Origin: Chara braunii
Taxonomy: Eukaryota; Plantae; Charophyceae
DNA: 64,000 nt
Assembly (NCBI GenBank): GCA_003427395.1
Contig: BFEA01000032.1
Coordinates: forward strand, 3,155,454-3,219,453
Reading direction: 5' to 3'
Shown: positions 37,144-51,181 of the stretch, in pieces
Layout of the letters: the number at the start of each line of letters is the position of its first letter
Position numbering within the stretch: position 1 is the first letter of the stretch
Notes under the pieces: generated by a model
What the model saw: the letters and a program-made list of their open reading frames with translations, nothing else
Told to the model about the DNA's origin: nothing
The model's database searches: none
Translations under genes and position numbers: made by a program

Positions 37144-40100
37144 TGTTACGGACTCCGCCAGGGCTCGACCCCTGGTCTATTTTGTTGTTTCGTGTGTATG
37201 TGTGCGTGCGTGTTGTTGTCTGGGGTTGTCAGAGTGATGCGTGCGTGGTGCGTGGGATGCGTCCTAGTCGACCGGCGACGAGCCGCGCCTAGGACTTCAG
37301 CCCCCCAATATGTAGGTTCGCGTGCGGGTCCGATAGGCGTATTACCGCGCGTACCCCCTATGCTACAGCGAACGAGAAACGCCCTCAGCTGGTCCATCTC
37401 TGCAATTGCAACCAAGCAGCTTTCGTACTGTGGAGGGGTAGCTCGGCGGGGATACGCCCACCGAAGGGAGGTGACAGTTCCCTCAAGGTGGAGGTAAATT
37501 GTGCCTCGCGTAGGCCCTATCATGTCGTAGGGGCTCGCGAGAGGTATGGCTGGCGCACTCGGTCAGAGCGGCCTGAGGAAGCTCCATTTGTGTGTTCGTG
37601 GCGAGGTTGATCCAACTCCTGCGTAATGCGGCCGAGAGGGCCCCGCGCTGCCACGTGCGGTGTCGGACCGATGCGCTCGACAGGTGGCGTCGTTGCCGGG
37701 GATAACGGTTGCCTACCGTTGTCCCTGGTGGAACGACATCTGGGTATTGGAATGTGAGAAATAGGCACAGTAAGAAGTCTCTCTTGACTTTGATGGTTAA
37801 TCAATCGATTGTTGATATTGGATAGAGACCAAGTGAGGGGTGATTGTGCGAGTTAGTTCTATTCGGTGCAGTAAGGGTGGCGCGAAAAGGATAAGCTTTG
37901 ACTATGCGCTCACGTACGTTGACTACGTGCACACGTACTTCGACTATGCACTTGCGTACTTTGATTAGTATGACGGTAGCTGGAGTTGATACCTCTTCTG
38001 ACCCCGATAGTTGATGGGTTTAGGCGATGATTTGCATGTTTGATACAACTAAGGTAGAATGAGGCGGTATCAACAAAGCAAAGTGCGGTGGTTGTGGAAA
38101 TTGGTCGTGTAAGGTGCCCATTATGGCTAAGGGAAGTTACCCGAGCAGTCAAGGGTGCAATATAGCACCTTGGCTTAGGGTGAGGCATATAATGAGTAAA
38201 GGAAGCCTACTGTGTTAGAAGTCGTTAAGGGACTTCGAGGAGAGTTAGGCTAGGGATATTGAGAGCCTGTACGAGTATGAATTGGGATCCTAGAATTTGG
38301 GTTCTAAGTAGTTGCTCGAGTTGTATGGCCATAGAAGTGTGAGGCTTGCTCCGCATGGTATGTTTGAAATTAGGCGTATAAGGCAGTAAAGAGATGCAGT
38401 GAGCACCGTGGTAAGGCCCCAATAGAAAGGACTACGAGAAGTAGTAGACTTGTATGGCGCCTGATAGTGGAGGGTATACCATGTTATTTATGGTAGACCA
38501 TTGCTTTGAGCCCCTTCTAGGGTTGGACCATCCACTGGAATCTATGAGTTGGAACTAAGGACCTGGGACTAATCGTCTGAGGGCATTTCTATTTGAGTTA
38601 TATGTTGAACTCAGTCCTATATGCCGGATACTGTCTGAGTAAGCTTGCCTAACGTCTGATCGTGTGAGGCTATGTGCTTGGTGATTATAGTCCTTTGATA
38701 ATTATCCTTGTCATAAATATTTATCTAGGTTATGCATCTGGGGTATGCATTTGAATTATCAGTCTGCCAGGATTTATGTGAGCATCTCGAGTCCCATTAT
38801 TAACCTATGGACATTTATATGTGTTTGGATTGCTCCTCAAATAAGGGTAGAGATGCTAGAATGCGATTATTAGCATGGTAATCGAAAGTGTATGCTGAAC
38901 GTTCTTTCTGTGATGGGCAGAACCCAAACCAGAGCGAAGGCAACTCAGGATGCCTTATGCTAAGGAAGATCCCAGTGTGACCTTGCCTATCAAGAAGGGA
39001 GATGGGCTTGAGATTTCCTTGCCAAGGCGTGTCAAGGAGGGAGAGTATATCTCTTCCTGGTGGGGGCGCATTGATAGGCAAAGATATTTTCGCCTGGATC
39101 GAGTTCGGTCTCGATGATGATCAAGGATGGGCGATCGTGAGGGTGACACTGTACGCCTCTTCCTCATTTTGGGTCGGGCATGGGGTTGAGTTGGTACTTG
39201 GGCACGGGAGCCTGCTCGCGAGGCCTTTGAGAGTGGCTGAGGCAGCTGCAGTGAAATGGGCGAAGGAAGTGTCCTGCGATGGAGAAGAGCAAGTGCTGAC
39301 CCGTATAGAGGTCAAGCGTGTTGAGGAGTTTGTGTTTCCGCCAGCGCCACTACGGGTCATCCTGCCCGAGTTTCTCATTGAGAAGGGTTTTGGTGGACAG
39401 GCGAGGATAGTGGCCGCAGCTGACGCCGCTTTGAAAACACGGGAATGGGGGATTGGGTGCTATACATGCGACCTGGTATATGGATTGTATCTGGACCTAA
39501 GGTTTTCTCCTCCTAGTCAGTGGCTTAGGAGCATGGCTAATGTGCTAGTTCCCATGACCCAGATGAGGGAGTAGGAGATTGGGAGGAGATTCGGGTAGCA
39601 GTAGTTAGGTAGCGAATGCCTTCTCTCCTACTAAATGCGCTTCTTTTGGCTTGGCTGTGGTCGTCTCTCTATCCATTATCGTAGTTATAAAGGTAAGCGT
39701 CAGGGTAACTAGGGGTTGAGGCCTGATTGCGTGAGTGAAAGGGTAGATAGCGTGATTTAAGTGTTAGCAATTTGCCCTTGTCTGCCTGAGCTTACTTAAA
39801 TCTTTGTTTGATGATCTATTGCCCGCTTTGCGTATCAGACGGCCATCAGCATCATGGCGGAAGAGAGCGGCTTCGCCAAGATCCTGCGTTGGAGGAATTC
39901 GTGCCAGATGAAGGTGTTGTTGTGCGAGGCACTGCGAGAGTCAATGTCGCCAGACCTCCGTGCTTTGTTGTTCCAAGGAAGGAACTTGTCTGGCTTCCTA
40001 CATGACTTTCAGGGCTTCAGCCTATAAAGAAGTGGGACGAGAGGGCGATGAGGTGCATGTTCCCGCTGTTTGTTTGTGAAATACTAAGTGAGGAGGTATA

Positions 40101-43100
40101 TATCCTCACGCAGGAGTCGAAAACGTGGGATGAATTTGTGCGTTCCTTAAGGCTAAGATTCCCAGAAGATAGAATAGGAGGCCCACGTGGGGTGTGCCAC
40201 CAATTGCGGGCGCACCATTGCAGGCGGAGTTGAGTGGGTTACAAAGGTAAGTAGGGGTATTGGAGGAGAGGTTAGCACGGCTAGAAGAGGCGAGGAAGGG
40301 TAAGCAGAAGGTTTCAGAAGACTCCCCAAGTAAGCCGACTGGCCAGGGTGAAGGAGGAGTAGAGAAGGGTGACCAGGAATCGCCCCTCTTGATAGAAATC
40401 CCAAAGAGGCAAGTCAGTGTTCAGGCGAGGGACAAAGGCAAGAGAGAGGATGAGATAAAGGAGGAGCATGGACCTCTCAAGTTGACAAAGGCGCAGCGGA
40501 GGGCGAGGGACCTCGCTCAGGGCGGTCAAGATACCGAAAAGGAACAGAGTTCGTAGCAAGTAGCGGCTACCCCGCAAGAGGGGGAAGGCGAGGCAAGACC
40601 AAGGGGGCCCCTCTGATCGAGCAAGCATTACATGGGCAGTGGGCGCCAGGTAACCGAATGAACTTGTGGCCGGCACACAGTCCTTATATGCCCTGGGCGC
40701 AGAGCAATTATATGGGCCCTTGGACGAACATGATGCCCCGTGGGCCCCCGCCAGTCCAAATCCAACCCGTCGTACCATTGTGGCCACCGATACAGCAAGC
40801 TTCGCAGGACAATATGACAGGTGGAAGGGGCCAAAGGCAGGCAGTTGGAAGGGGCCGAGGAGATGGCGAGCGTGGCAATACGGGCCGAGGAGATGGCGGG
40901 CATGGCAATACAGGCCGTGCAGATGGTGGACGCGCAATAGAGGCCGTGGGAATGACAGGCAAGGCGCCAAAGGTCGTGACGGGAGCCAGCAAAACCATAA
41001 GTGGAGCTCAAAGAAGGAAGGGGCATAATGGTGCCGAATGAGATGGTCATTCGAGTGAGCCAAGTGATTAAGGGTGCGGAGAGGGTAGATGAGACGACTA
41101 AGGCAGAGAAAGTATAGTAGGACGGAATGGGGATTCACCCTAACTCCTGGGTTGGGAAGTTTTTGTCAGCCGCCTGCCCTGGATTTTTGGATTCGTGTTG
41201 GTAGGGGCTAGTTGTACATGTATTGATCTGGAAACTGGAGTACCAGGCTAACCATTGCGTGACCCTAACCCCATACTAATTGGTAAAGGCTAGTTGCATA
41301 TTATCTGGGTCGGGGCAGACATATAATCGGATATGTGTATGTGCATAGGTTAGATCCGGGGAGAGGTTTTGCAATAATGGTCCGATAAAGTAACTTCGGT
41401 TGTAGATAGCCCAGCCGTATAGGTGAAACCAGAGGGGGCAATGAGTGAGTGGGGACTGGTTCGCCTGTACGTCAGTAAGACAAAGGTTTTTTGTATATAG
41501 GAAGGGAGCTAGATATGTGCATATCTAGGGATAGTCACGATTAGCTTGTTCATCTGTACATATGCAGATTGTAGTGCTAGACGAATCTTTGTTTTTTCTT
41601 TTGGTGTGATTTAGGTCATTGTGATCAGATGTGTGATATGTTGGCGTGTACAATTGGGATAGATTTGTGTGATTTGGGTCTTTGTGTATGTTTGGGTATA
41701 TTCCGAGGTATTCGTGTGTTAGGGACGTGAATCACTTGGTAGGATGGGGCAAGGAGTGACCCTGAGGGCATTGTTACGAAGTAGGGATTTGTTCCATTAA
41801 GGCATACTGATCGAGAGAAGAAGATATGAGACCTACTTCCTGCCTAGGCTTAGATAGATGTATAGGTGTGAGAGGTAGGAGAGGGTTGGGAAAAAACCTC
41901 AGCGTGGGGGAAATAGGCCATCTAGCCTAGGGAGGAAATTGCAAGACTGGTGTATGGGCGACTCCTAGCCTTGCTTTTCTTTGGATATCTGGATATGTCT
42001 TGGATTACTTGGGCCCCTCGGATTGAGAAGTATGGCTGCATCGTGATCAAACTGTTTTAGCTATAGTTTGGTCAGGGAGACCATATTTGTTCTTGTGTGA
42101 TACCGGTGACGGTTTGAGTTGAGATTGTTCAACTCCGAGTGTATATATATAATTCGAGACATTTGGCCCGCGTTTGAGTTGGGGTATTGTAACCCTGTGT
42201 ATATACTAAGCTGAGGCCTTATCCGAGACTGTCTTTTATATATGACGATCACAATCACTCTCACATGTGTGGTTTTATCCTGATATATGATGGTTTTGTG
42301 TGAGAGATGTGTGAAATGCATCTCATGTGTATTGGATTATGTGAACTTTATGAGATTGAATGGATGTGAACTGTCTCCTCTTCGGTATACTTGTGCGGCC
42401 TGCCTACAGGCCTACAGGCAGGACAGGGCCGAGTATAAGGAGAGGCAGTGCAGTTTGTTGTGTGACAAAAGTGTGAGAATCCAAAGAGATTTTGCGAGTC
42501 TTTGAGACTCGAGTACTTACCATTCCGGATGTTTTATGGTTGAGTTGCGAAGAGGACCCACAAGCAGGTCCCTCAGTTTGAGTTGGTTTGTGGTTGAGTT
42601 GTGGAGAGGACCCATAAGTAGGCCTCTCAGTTCAAGTTGTTCTATGGTTGAGTTGTTCTATGATTGAGACCCCTTCAGATTAAGGAAGGTGGTAATGTTA
42701 CTTATTAGAAGACTCATCCCCAAAAAAGGAGGTGTTTTAAAAAGGGTCGTGTGATAGCTCATCCTAAGAAGAGAGGGATGACTGAGAGACCTATTGAGAG
42801 GGACCTCCTTCGTGTGAAAGGTGGTTAATGGATTTAAGGGCATGGTAAGCAGTGTTTGAGTTGATAAAGTCTGGCGAAAAGGGGCTACGTTTGCTTGAGA
42901 TGTTTGAGAAAGTCGCAAAAGAGTGCAAGGCGAGAGACGTCTCAGGATGGGTGGCTGCTGGCTCTGATCAAGTCAGGGGTCACGACCTTGTGGACCTAGC
43001 GGTGATTTTGTTTGTGATTGTGCGAAGGATGCCATGCCTTTCGTGGGAGAGCTGGTAAATGCCTTCAGACCCCTGCGTGATCACACAATGGGCCCGTGAT

Positions 43101-44120
43101 TGGTTTTGCGACGCTCCGTCTAACCACTTGTGCTAGTTGTGGGACATATTGGAGGAATACCAAGCTAAGCGGTAAAGATTAACACCTCTAGGGCGTAACC
43201 CCAGTGGATGGCTGCTAGCCGGCGCAACCTGGCTGCGAGACCGCGGAGTAAGAGTTTAAGGGGAGTTGCCCGCCCCAGGGAAATTACTCCGTGGGATAGT
43301 GAAGGTTGAAAATTTTGGGGGAGGAATCCTGATTGAATACTTATCAGGAGAGAACCTATCGTTGCGTTACCAACGAGGGTACTGCCGTCGAAATAACAAC
43401 GCGGTGGGCCGTAGTCCTGGTCCGATCAGCCAAGCTATGGTGGGCCAAGATGGAGACCTAGCCTTTCTGTACTAGACTGCAGAAAGAGTTGAGTGGATAT
43501 TAGGTATACAAATATACGTATGTGTATTTGATTGCGAGAGATTCTCTGAGAAAGAGGGCGAGAGTGCCTTCAAAGGTCTCGGTTAGGGCCCACGTCCCTA
43601 GTTTTGGCCAGGACTAGGGACACCCAACGAGAAGCCGAAGGTTGTCTAGGACCGGGGAGAGGACGGTTGAGAGGGTCTTTGGAACTTATGTTGTTTGCTT
43701 CCTAATGGATGGGCGATGTGGCCCAGGTTAGAAACCTGGCAGCATATAGTTGTAGAGGCATGGTTTGATGGAGGCCTCTACGCTGTGTTTGTCGGCTAAT
43801 CGGATTGGTTCCTCTTTCGTCAGCATCTTGGGTAATCTGATAGCTTTCCCATTTTGCGAAGCGACGGGGATGTCGCTTAATGTGGTCCGGTAAGCTGTCG
43901 GCGCGAATACCGTTACAAAGGTATCCGCCCTGGTTTTTGCAAATGACAGAAAAATGAGTTTGGCTTAAAGTTAAGGATACCGCGCGAGGCGCGGCTGCGT
44001 CTGTGTGGTTACGAGGGCCGGATGGTTGACTAGAACAAAGAGTATGTGGGCACGCAGTTTTAAGGTGCGCGTGGGATTTTTCTGATTGAGCGGGAGGTCG
44101 GCCTAGTCAACCGACCCAGA
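37144..44120 (+). mobile_element. Degraded LTR retrotransposon 5' region with gag-like remnants
   Basis: Starts TGTTACGGA where the minus-strand RT is cut off. gag-like remnants FQGRNLSGFL..FPLFV..TWDEFVRSLRLRF (39853-40180), followed by a coiled-coil-like and a G/R-rich stretch. Confidence 0.6.
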
Positions 44121-44520
44121 CCGTGTTACGGATCTGGGTAAGGGATAAAAGTTTGTTCTTGGTTGGTACCCGCAGCCGATGGAAGGACTGGCGCACGGGA
44201 TGGCGCGCGGGGCAGCCCCGGCGCGGTCTAGGTAGGCCTGCGCGGGTGCCTGGCGATGGCACGCTGGTTGTAGGCAGAGAAGGGGGGGGCCCAGGCTGTC
44301 CTTCCCAGGCCTAGGCACCGCGCGGCACCAGTTCGTATTGAAACCCGCGCCCAACTATCTCAGGCTTGGGCTTAGCCCTATAGGCTGTGTATCTTTTGAA
44401 CGGAGAACGGGCGAAATTCAACGGCCGTTCATCCGTTTAACGAGCCCCAGGACCCCCGTTAAATCCCGTTTGACGCAAAAACGGGGGCTTGGCATTGAAT
44501 TCTGAAAAACGGAATTCTCG

Positions 44521-45067
44521 NNNNNNNNNNNNNNNNNNNNNNNNNNNNNNNNNNNNNNNNNNNNNNNNNNNNNNNNNNNNNNNNNNNNNNNNNNNNNNNN
44601 NNNNNNNNNNNNNNNNNNNNNNNNNNNNNNNNNNNNNNNNNNNNNNNNNNNNNNNNNNNNNNNNNNNNNNNNNNNNNNNNNNNNNNNNNNNNNNNNNNNN
44701 NNNNNNNNNNNNNNNNNNNNNNNNNNNNNNNNNNNNNNNNNNNNNNNNNNNNNNNNNNNNNNNNNNNNNNNNNNNNNNNNNNNNNNNNNNNNNNNNNNNN
44801 NNNNNNNNNNNNNNNNNNNNNNNNNNNNNNNNNNNNNNNNNNNNNNNNNNNNNNNNNNNNNNNNNNNNNNNNNNNNNNNNNNNNNNNNNNNNNNNNNNNN
44901 NNNNNNNNNNNNNNNNNNNNNNNNNNNNNNNNNNNNNNNNNNNNNNNNNNNNNNNNNNNNNNNNNNNNNNNNNNNNNNNNNNNNNNNNNNNNNNNNNNNN
45001 NNNNNNNNNNNNNNNNNNNNNNNNNNNNNNNNNNNNNNNNNNNNNNNNNNNNNNNNNNNNNNNNNNN
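44521..45067. other. Assembly gap
   Basis: N run. Confidence 1.
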
Positions 45068-45719
45068 GAAACATCAGTTAGTGTTCCATTCAATGCAAAT
45101 AGAATCAACAAATAAGATAGAAAAAAAAACAAGTACCGAACTCTCGAAGCCATAAATAAATTAAAAGAAAAAAATGCAAGAAATGAAATTGAAAATGAGA
45201 ATAACAGTTCAAGATATAAAATCACACACCGACAAAAAAATGGGCAGGCAAAGTGCATCACTCGTAACAGAAAATGTAATGTACATGAAAAGTCGTGAAC
45301 GATGCGAAGTACCAGACAGGCTGACACTAATATCACACATGCAAATGCAACATGATACAATGTATCCTACAGGCTACTGCTAATGCACTGGCACCACATG
45401 TCGAAAAAAATACAAGAAACAATAGTCTACAAGTCGTGTCGTAGCTGCCTAAATGATACAAGAAAAAAAAAAAAATGTACGGTATGAACTCAGTAGTGTG
45501 CAACCGACGGGACTCTACGAACACCCTACTCAGCCTACTGGCACCAAAATCATACTCTAGGAACACCCTACTGCTACCAGAATCATACACACCAACAAGT
45601 AAAGCACGCACACAACCACTGAGTATCTGACAATACTGAGACAAGACGAGACGACTCAGACTACCAAAAAAACTACAACCGCACAACATGACGACGTACA
45701 TTGCGAGTAGGGGAGAAGC

Positions 45720-48700
45720 GGAGTGTTGGCCTCATCGGTCAACGACCCTTCTTCCCCTTCCCGCTGTGTCTCCTCGTGCCCCCTCGAGTGCCGGATGTCC
45801 TCCAGTGGAGGTAGACTCAGACCACACGGGCGACGCAGGACCCCATGGAACCGAAGGGATCGACTGCCACGGTGGGTGCTCGAGCTTCCGGTCAGAGATC
45901 CGCCGGTCCAAGCGAGTAACATCGCGCACAGCCTCTCCCGCCAACTCCTCTGCATCCAAAGGACGACGGAACTCCTGCGGAGCAAAGTGGCTAGGAAGAC
46001 GTGGGGGCACAACCACCGGCTCGGACCCCAAATCTGTGATAACGGGCAGTGGCACACCATGCACTGCCATCTGAACCGCCTGCGGCTGTCTGGCCTTAGC
46101 CAAGTGCAGGCTCGAGAACGGAACGACTGGACCCGTCGCTGTCTCCTGCCCCTCGCGTCGAGAGTCTATAGCCCCCTCGACTCGTTGCTATCCTGCCTGC
46201 ACTGCCTCATCCACCGCCTGAGTCCGTCCCTCCACAGCAACGTCCGCTGTCTCTGCTCCACCCGACATAGCCTCGGGTACCGGCTCTGCTGCCACTCCCT
46301 CCGCAACGTCCTCCCCCGCCACCACCCCACCCTGCACACAATCCCCCCCTATCTCTAGACGCCTGGCGTCCTCTACGGCCCGTGCGAACGCCTGAGCACG
46401 AGGGTCAGTCGATGCCAAAAGTCTATCCCTCTCTCGCTCCATGATGTCGTGTGCTGCATCTGGAGACTGAGTCGTCGTCCTCTCTCTGGCGGTCTGCGTC
46501 GAAGTCTTGCCTGGCGCCTCGTCCCTCGATGGAGCCCGATCCGTCGATGTCGCCCCGCCGCAACTGGGTGGAAGGCCCACCGACAAATCCAAGTCTAAGT
46601 GGGTCCCCATCTCTGAATCTGAAATCCCAAACCCCCTCTCCACACTCGGGGTCATACCCGCTATGGCCGGACCGAGCTCCTCCGTGAGGAACTGCTGCAT
46701 GAGGCGCTCGTCATCGCCCCCACGCTGCACCTCGGCCTGTGCGGCTATCTCCTCCTCCACTGCAGCTGCCGACGGTGCGTCCTCCTCCTCCAGTGCTGCT
46801 GCCACCTCAACCTCCATTGCTGCTGCTCCTCCACCTGCTCCTCCTGCTGCTGCCACCTTCCCCTCCACTGCTGCACCTCCTCCTGTCGCTGATGGATCCT
46901 CCGCCAGCACTGATGCTGCCATCTCCTCTAGCACTGCTGCTGCTGCTGCTGCTGCTATCTCCTCCACCGCAGCCGCGATCGTCGCGTCCGACATAGTCGC
47001 GGGTGCCATCGAACTCTCCATTGCTGCTGCCAAAGGTCCCCCCTCCTCCTGCCCTATCCCCTGGGAAGGTGATCGTAACCTAAGCTGGCGGACTGCCCCG
47101 CCTCTGTGGAGAAGGCCTCGCTGAGGCAAAGAGGACCTCAACTCCTCCCTGTCTGGCAGAAGTGGCGAGACGAGCGACCGTGGTGCAGGACTCAGAGCAG
47201 GAGGTGGCGGCATGGACGAATCCCGCCTCGTCGGAGTGGGGGTCGTCGCCTGCGCCTCTGGGCCGCCCGTGGAAGCGACCTCACCAAATGGGCCCCAAAA
47301 GTCCTCGTCTCCCCCCAGCATCTTGCTCTCCGCCCGGTCCGCCGCCCGTCGTGCAGTCTGTGTCCTCGTGTCCTCGGAGGCGGGATCCTCGTGTGTCTCG
47401 TCGATCTCCCGGGGAATGCGGAGCGCAGGGTCATCTGCCGCCTCGGGTATCGGCTCCTCGTCTGAGTCGTCGTCCCTGGGGTAGGGACGAAAAATGCAAG
47501 CACGTCTATCGAAAACGGCATCAGCCAAAGGTGGTGCGGACGCCCCGACGGGATCCCGGGTAATAAGTGCAACCTGGCGGGCAATCTCCTCGTCTGTCAT
47601 CCCCCTACGAGTCATGACCCCTACGAGGATGGATCGTGGAGGACAGTACATGTCCCTCATGATCGAGTGGACGCAGGATCTTGTCCGCCATGTCACGGTC
47701 GCATGCGCCCCTTTGGGGACGTCGTTCGCCGACCGGATCATCAGACGTGTGCAGGCTCGCATACAGCACATGCTTGAGCTGGCTCACTACGCAGGGTTCT
47801 TACTGAACCCCCGCAGGCGACACGTTCGCTACTTTTCGGGGGAGGTGGAGAGGTACGATGCTTGGCTTGTGGGGCAAGCCAAGAGGCACATTTTGACGCA
47901 GACGGGATTCGAGCTGGAGGGTGCGGAGTACATCCTTGCATGTCGGCAGTTTGAGGACTTCCACATTCAGCAGGGCAGGTTCGGGGATTGGGGCGGTCCG
48001 GAGGGGCGTGCTCATGGCCGCGCGTGCAGCGGCGACAGCGAGACGATTGAGTGCGCGTCTTGGTGGTCTCAGTTCGGGTCGGGCGCGCCACAGTTGCAGC
48101 GTTGCGCTCTTCGGGTGATGCACATGTGGTCTTGCGCCTCTCCAGCGGAGAGGAACTGGGCAGTCCACGAGGGCATTCACACGAAGAAGTGCAACCAGTT
48201 GGCCTTCGAGAAGGTCGTGCAACTCGTTGAGATCACCGCAAATGTGCGGTTGACTGAGTATCGGCGGGCTGGATGCGGTTATGTGCTGCCATGGCAGCGG
48301 GACGAGGGCATGTTGGATTGCCAGGCAGGACTCGAGTTGGAGCCTATGCAACGCTGCAACTGTGGCGCGCCCGACCCGAACTGAGACCACCAAGACGCGC
48401 ACTCAATCGTCTCGCTATCGCCGCTGCACGCGCGCCCACGAGCACGCCCTCCGGACCGCCCCAATCCCCGAACCTGCCCTGCTGAATGTGGAAGTCCTCA
48501 AACTGCCGACATGCAAGGATGTACTTCGCACCCTCCAACTCGAATCCCGTCTGCGTCAAAATGTACCTCTTGGCTTGCCCCACAAGCCAAGCATCGTACC
48601 TCTCCACCTGCCCCGAAAAGTAGCGAACGTGTTGCCTGCGGGGGTTCAGTAAGAACCCTGCGCAATGAGCCAGCTCAAGCATGTGCTGTATGCGAGCCTG

Positions 48701-50440
48701 CACACGCCTGATGATCCGGTCGGCGAACGACGTCCCCAAAGGGGCGCATGCGACCGTGACATGGCGGACAAGATCCTGCGTCCACTCGATCATGAGGGAC
48801 TTGTACTGTCCTCCACGATCCATCCTCCTGAGCAACTCCATGACGGGCTGCATGATATGGACGATGGTGGCCACCCTCTGCCACCATGGATCCCATCTGA
48901 TCTGTCGGCGCACCCACCGCGCCATGACACACACATCGGCGGACCACGGGATGGATCCCATCTGATCTGTCGGCGCACCCACCGGGCTGCAGGGCCAACA
49001 GCCTCTGCAGCATGGAGTAAACAGACGCGAACCGCGTCTTGCAAGAGAGAATAAGCCCCTTCTCGGGGCTGCGCGTCCTAAAAAAATGAAGGGCGGCCTG
49101 GTGGGTTTTGAAAAACACCACCAGCACACGAGCGCGTGTGATCGCGTCCACAAACGCGTCGCAACTCGTCCCCATGTCTGACAACAATTTGTTGCAGACA
49201 TGGACGGAGCACGGGAGCCAAGTGATCCTCCTCAGTGCAGGAGGCATGGACGGCGAGGTCAATGCCCTCGCAGCCCTCACATAGGCAGAAGCGGAGTCAG
49301 TGCATATCGCATTGATCCGCTGCGGCCCGCCAAAGCTGAACTCGTGGAAGATGGTAACCCATCTACGAAGGACGTACACTGCATCGTCCGGCTCGCCCTC
49401 TCGATTGATCGTCGTGTACATGACGACCCCTCGAGAGCCAGCAGCAAGGAAATTCACGATCGGTCTCCCGTCTCGTGATTTCCTCCCATCGGAGAGGAGG
49501 GTGGCACCAGTCACCCAGAATGGCTGCCTCACCGCTTCCAACTCCTCCGCCAACTCCGCACGGGGGGTCTCCACCGCCCGCATACTCGCAATTTCGCAGT
49601 GGTTGGGGACCACTGCGCGCGGGGAACTGCCAGGCTTCTCAAGAAGCACCTGCTGATATGCCTTCCACGCCTGGTTGCAGAAGGCATTGAAGGAGACCCC
49701 GCTGGAATACAACCAGCGAAGGAATGCCTTCTTGTGGCGGGCAACCCACTCGCCACCGTAGACATCAGTCACCTTCTGCTGCCGAAGCCTCTTCCCTNCT
49801 GGGGTGGCAGCCGGATCACTCCCTCCTTCCTTCCTCTTGGAAGACCCCTCCGTTGCAGCTCCCTTGCCTGCTCGCCTCCGCCAGTCCTCCAACCTCTCCC
49901 CAGTGCCTGGATAAACCTCAGGCACGTCCTCCCGTTCCGGGACTCCCTCTTCACCCGAGCCACGCGCCTCGCGATCCACGTGGATCATGCCCTCCTCTGT
50001 CTCACCGCCTCCACCACCCAAAGTGGGGTCTGCCGCACCATGCCCACCATCTCCCCCGACCCCTCCCTCCGCCGGACGCCGCCCTGCCTCTCCTCCCCTT
50101 GCACCACCCGTGCCGAGCACATCGAGTCCGCGCTCCGCTGCATACCTTGACACCCTCTCCATCTGATCGGCCTCAAACTTCTGCTGAGTCCGTCAAGCAA
50201 TCTCGTACAACGCCTCGTCGCTGATGTCCTTGCAGTAGTTTGTCTGCGAGAAGTGCCTCGTGGCCTGAAACTGGGTCCCTTGGAAAACTTTGTTACAAAA
50301 CGTGCAACGGAGCATCATGACCCCTTGTTGTCGACCTTCTGGCCGACAACCAGGTACCGATAGACAGGGGAGCGGGCCCTGAATGTGTCCTGCACATGGT
50401 CCGCGACAGCCTCATGCTGACGGCGCTGTGACCTCCCCAT
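45720..50440 (-). pseudogene. hAT transposase (BED-like finger, DUF659-type DDE core, dimerization domain), frameshifted and partly inverted
   Basis: CTFCNKVFQG..ATRHF; LLSDGR; ICTDSAS; CSVH; TRFAS; FLLNP; WWSQFG..PQLQRCALR..ASPAERNW. The last motif sits on the plus strand inside the inversion. Confidence 0.9.
47625..48827. repeat. Long inverted duplication (arms 47625-48105 and 48348-48827, loop ~240 bp)
   Basis: Near-identical peptides RMDRGGQY..WWSQFGSGAPQLQRC are encoded on both strands. Confidence 0.95.
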
Positions 50441-50557
50441 GTCGATCACCCTGGCGAGACAACCCTCACTGACTCCGCCGGACCGCACCGCTGCAACCGA
50501 ACACCCGTTAACCGCTACCTGCCGCAGGGTCCCCCTTCCCCCCCCCCCCCCCCCCCC

Positions 50558-51181
50558 NNNNNNNNNNNNNNNNNNNNNNNNNNNNNNNNNNNNNNNNNNN
50601 NNNNNNNNNNNNNNNNNNNNNNNNNNNNNNNNNNNNNNNNNNNNNNNNNNNNNNNNNNNNNNNNNNNNNNNNNNNNNNNNNNNNNNNNNNNNNNNNNNNN
50701 NNNNNNNNNNNNNNNNNNNNNNNNNNNNNNNNNNNNNNNNNNNNNNNNNNNNNNNNNNNNNNNNNNNNNNNNNNNNNNNNNNNNNNNNNNNNNNNNNNNN
50801 NNNNNNNNNNNNNNNNNNNNNNNNNNNNNNNNNNNNNNNNNNNNNNNNNNNNNNNNNNNNNNNNNNNNNNNNNNNNNNNNNNNNNNNNNNNNNNNNNNNN
50901 NNNNNNNNNNNNNNNNNNNNNNNNNNNNNNNNNNNNNNNNNNNNNNNNNNNNNNNNNNNNNNNNNNNNNNNNNNNNNNNNNNNNNNNNNNNNNNNNNNNN
51001 NNNNNNNNNNNNNNNNNNNNNNNNNNNNNNNNNNNNNNNNNNNNNNNNNNNNNNNNNNNNNNNNNNNNNNNNNNNNNNNNNNNNNNNNNNNNNNNNNNNN
51101 NNNNNNNNNNNNNNNNNNNNNNNNNNNNNNNNNNNNNNNNNNNNNNNNNNNNNNNNNNNNNNNNNNNNNNNNNNNNNNNNN
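50558..51181. other. Assembly gap
   Basis: N run. Confidence 1.

Noticed and set aside
44377-44390. TA/TATA target duplication with GGCTGTG termini
   Set aside because: The palindromic 8-mer CCTATAGG on both sides fits the hAT 8-bp TSD and the encoded hAT transposase better.
44418-45360. Long ORFs containing X runs (also 50315-51512)
   Set aside because: Artifacts of assembly gaps.
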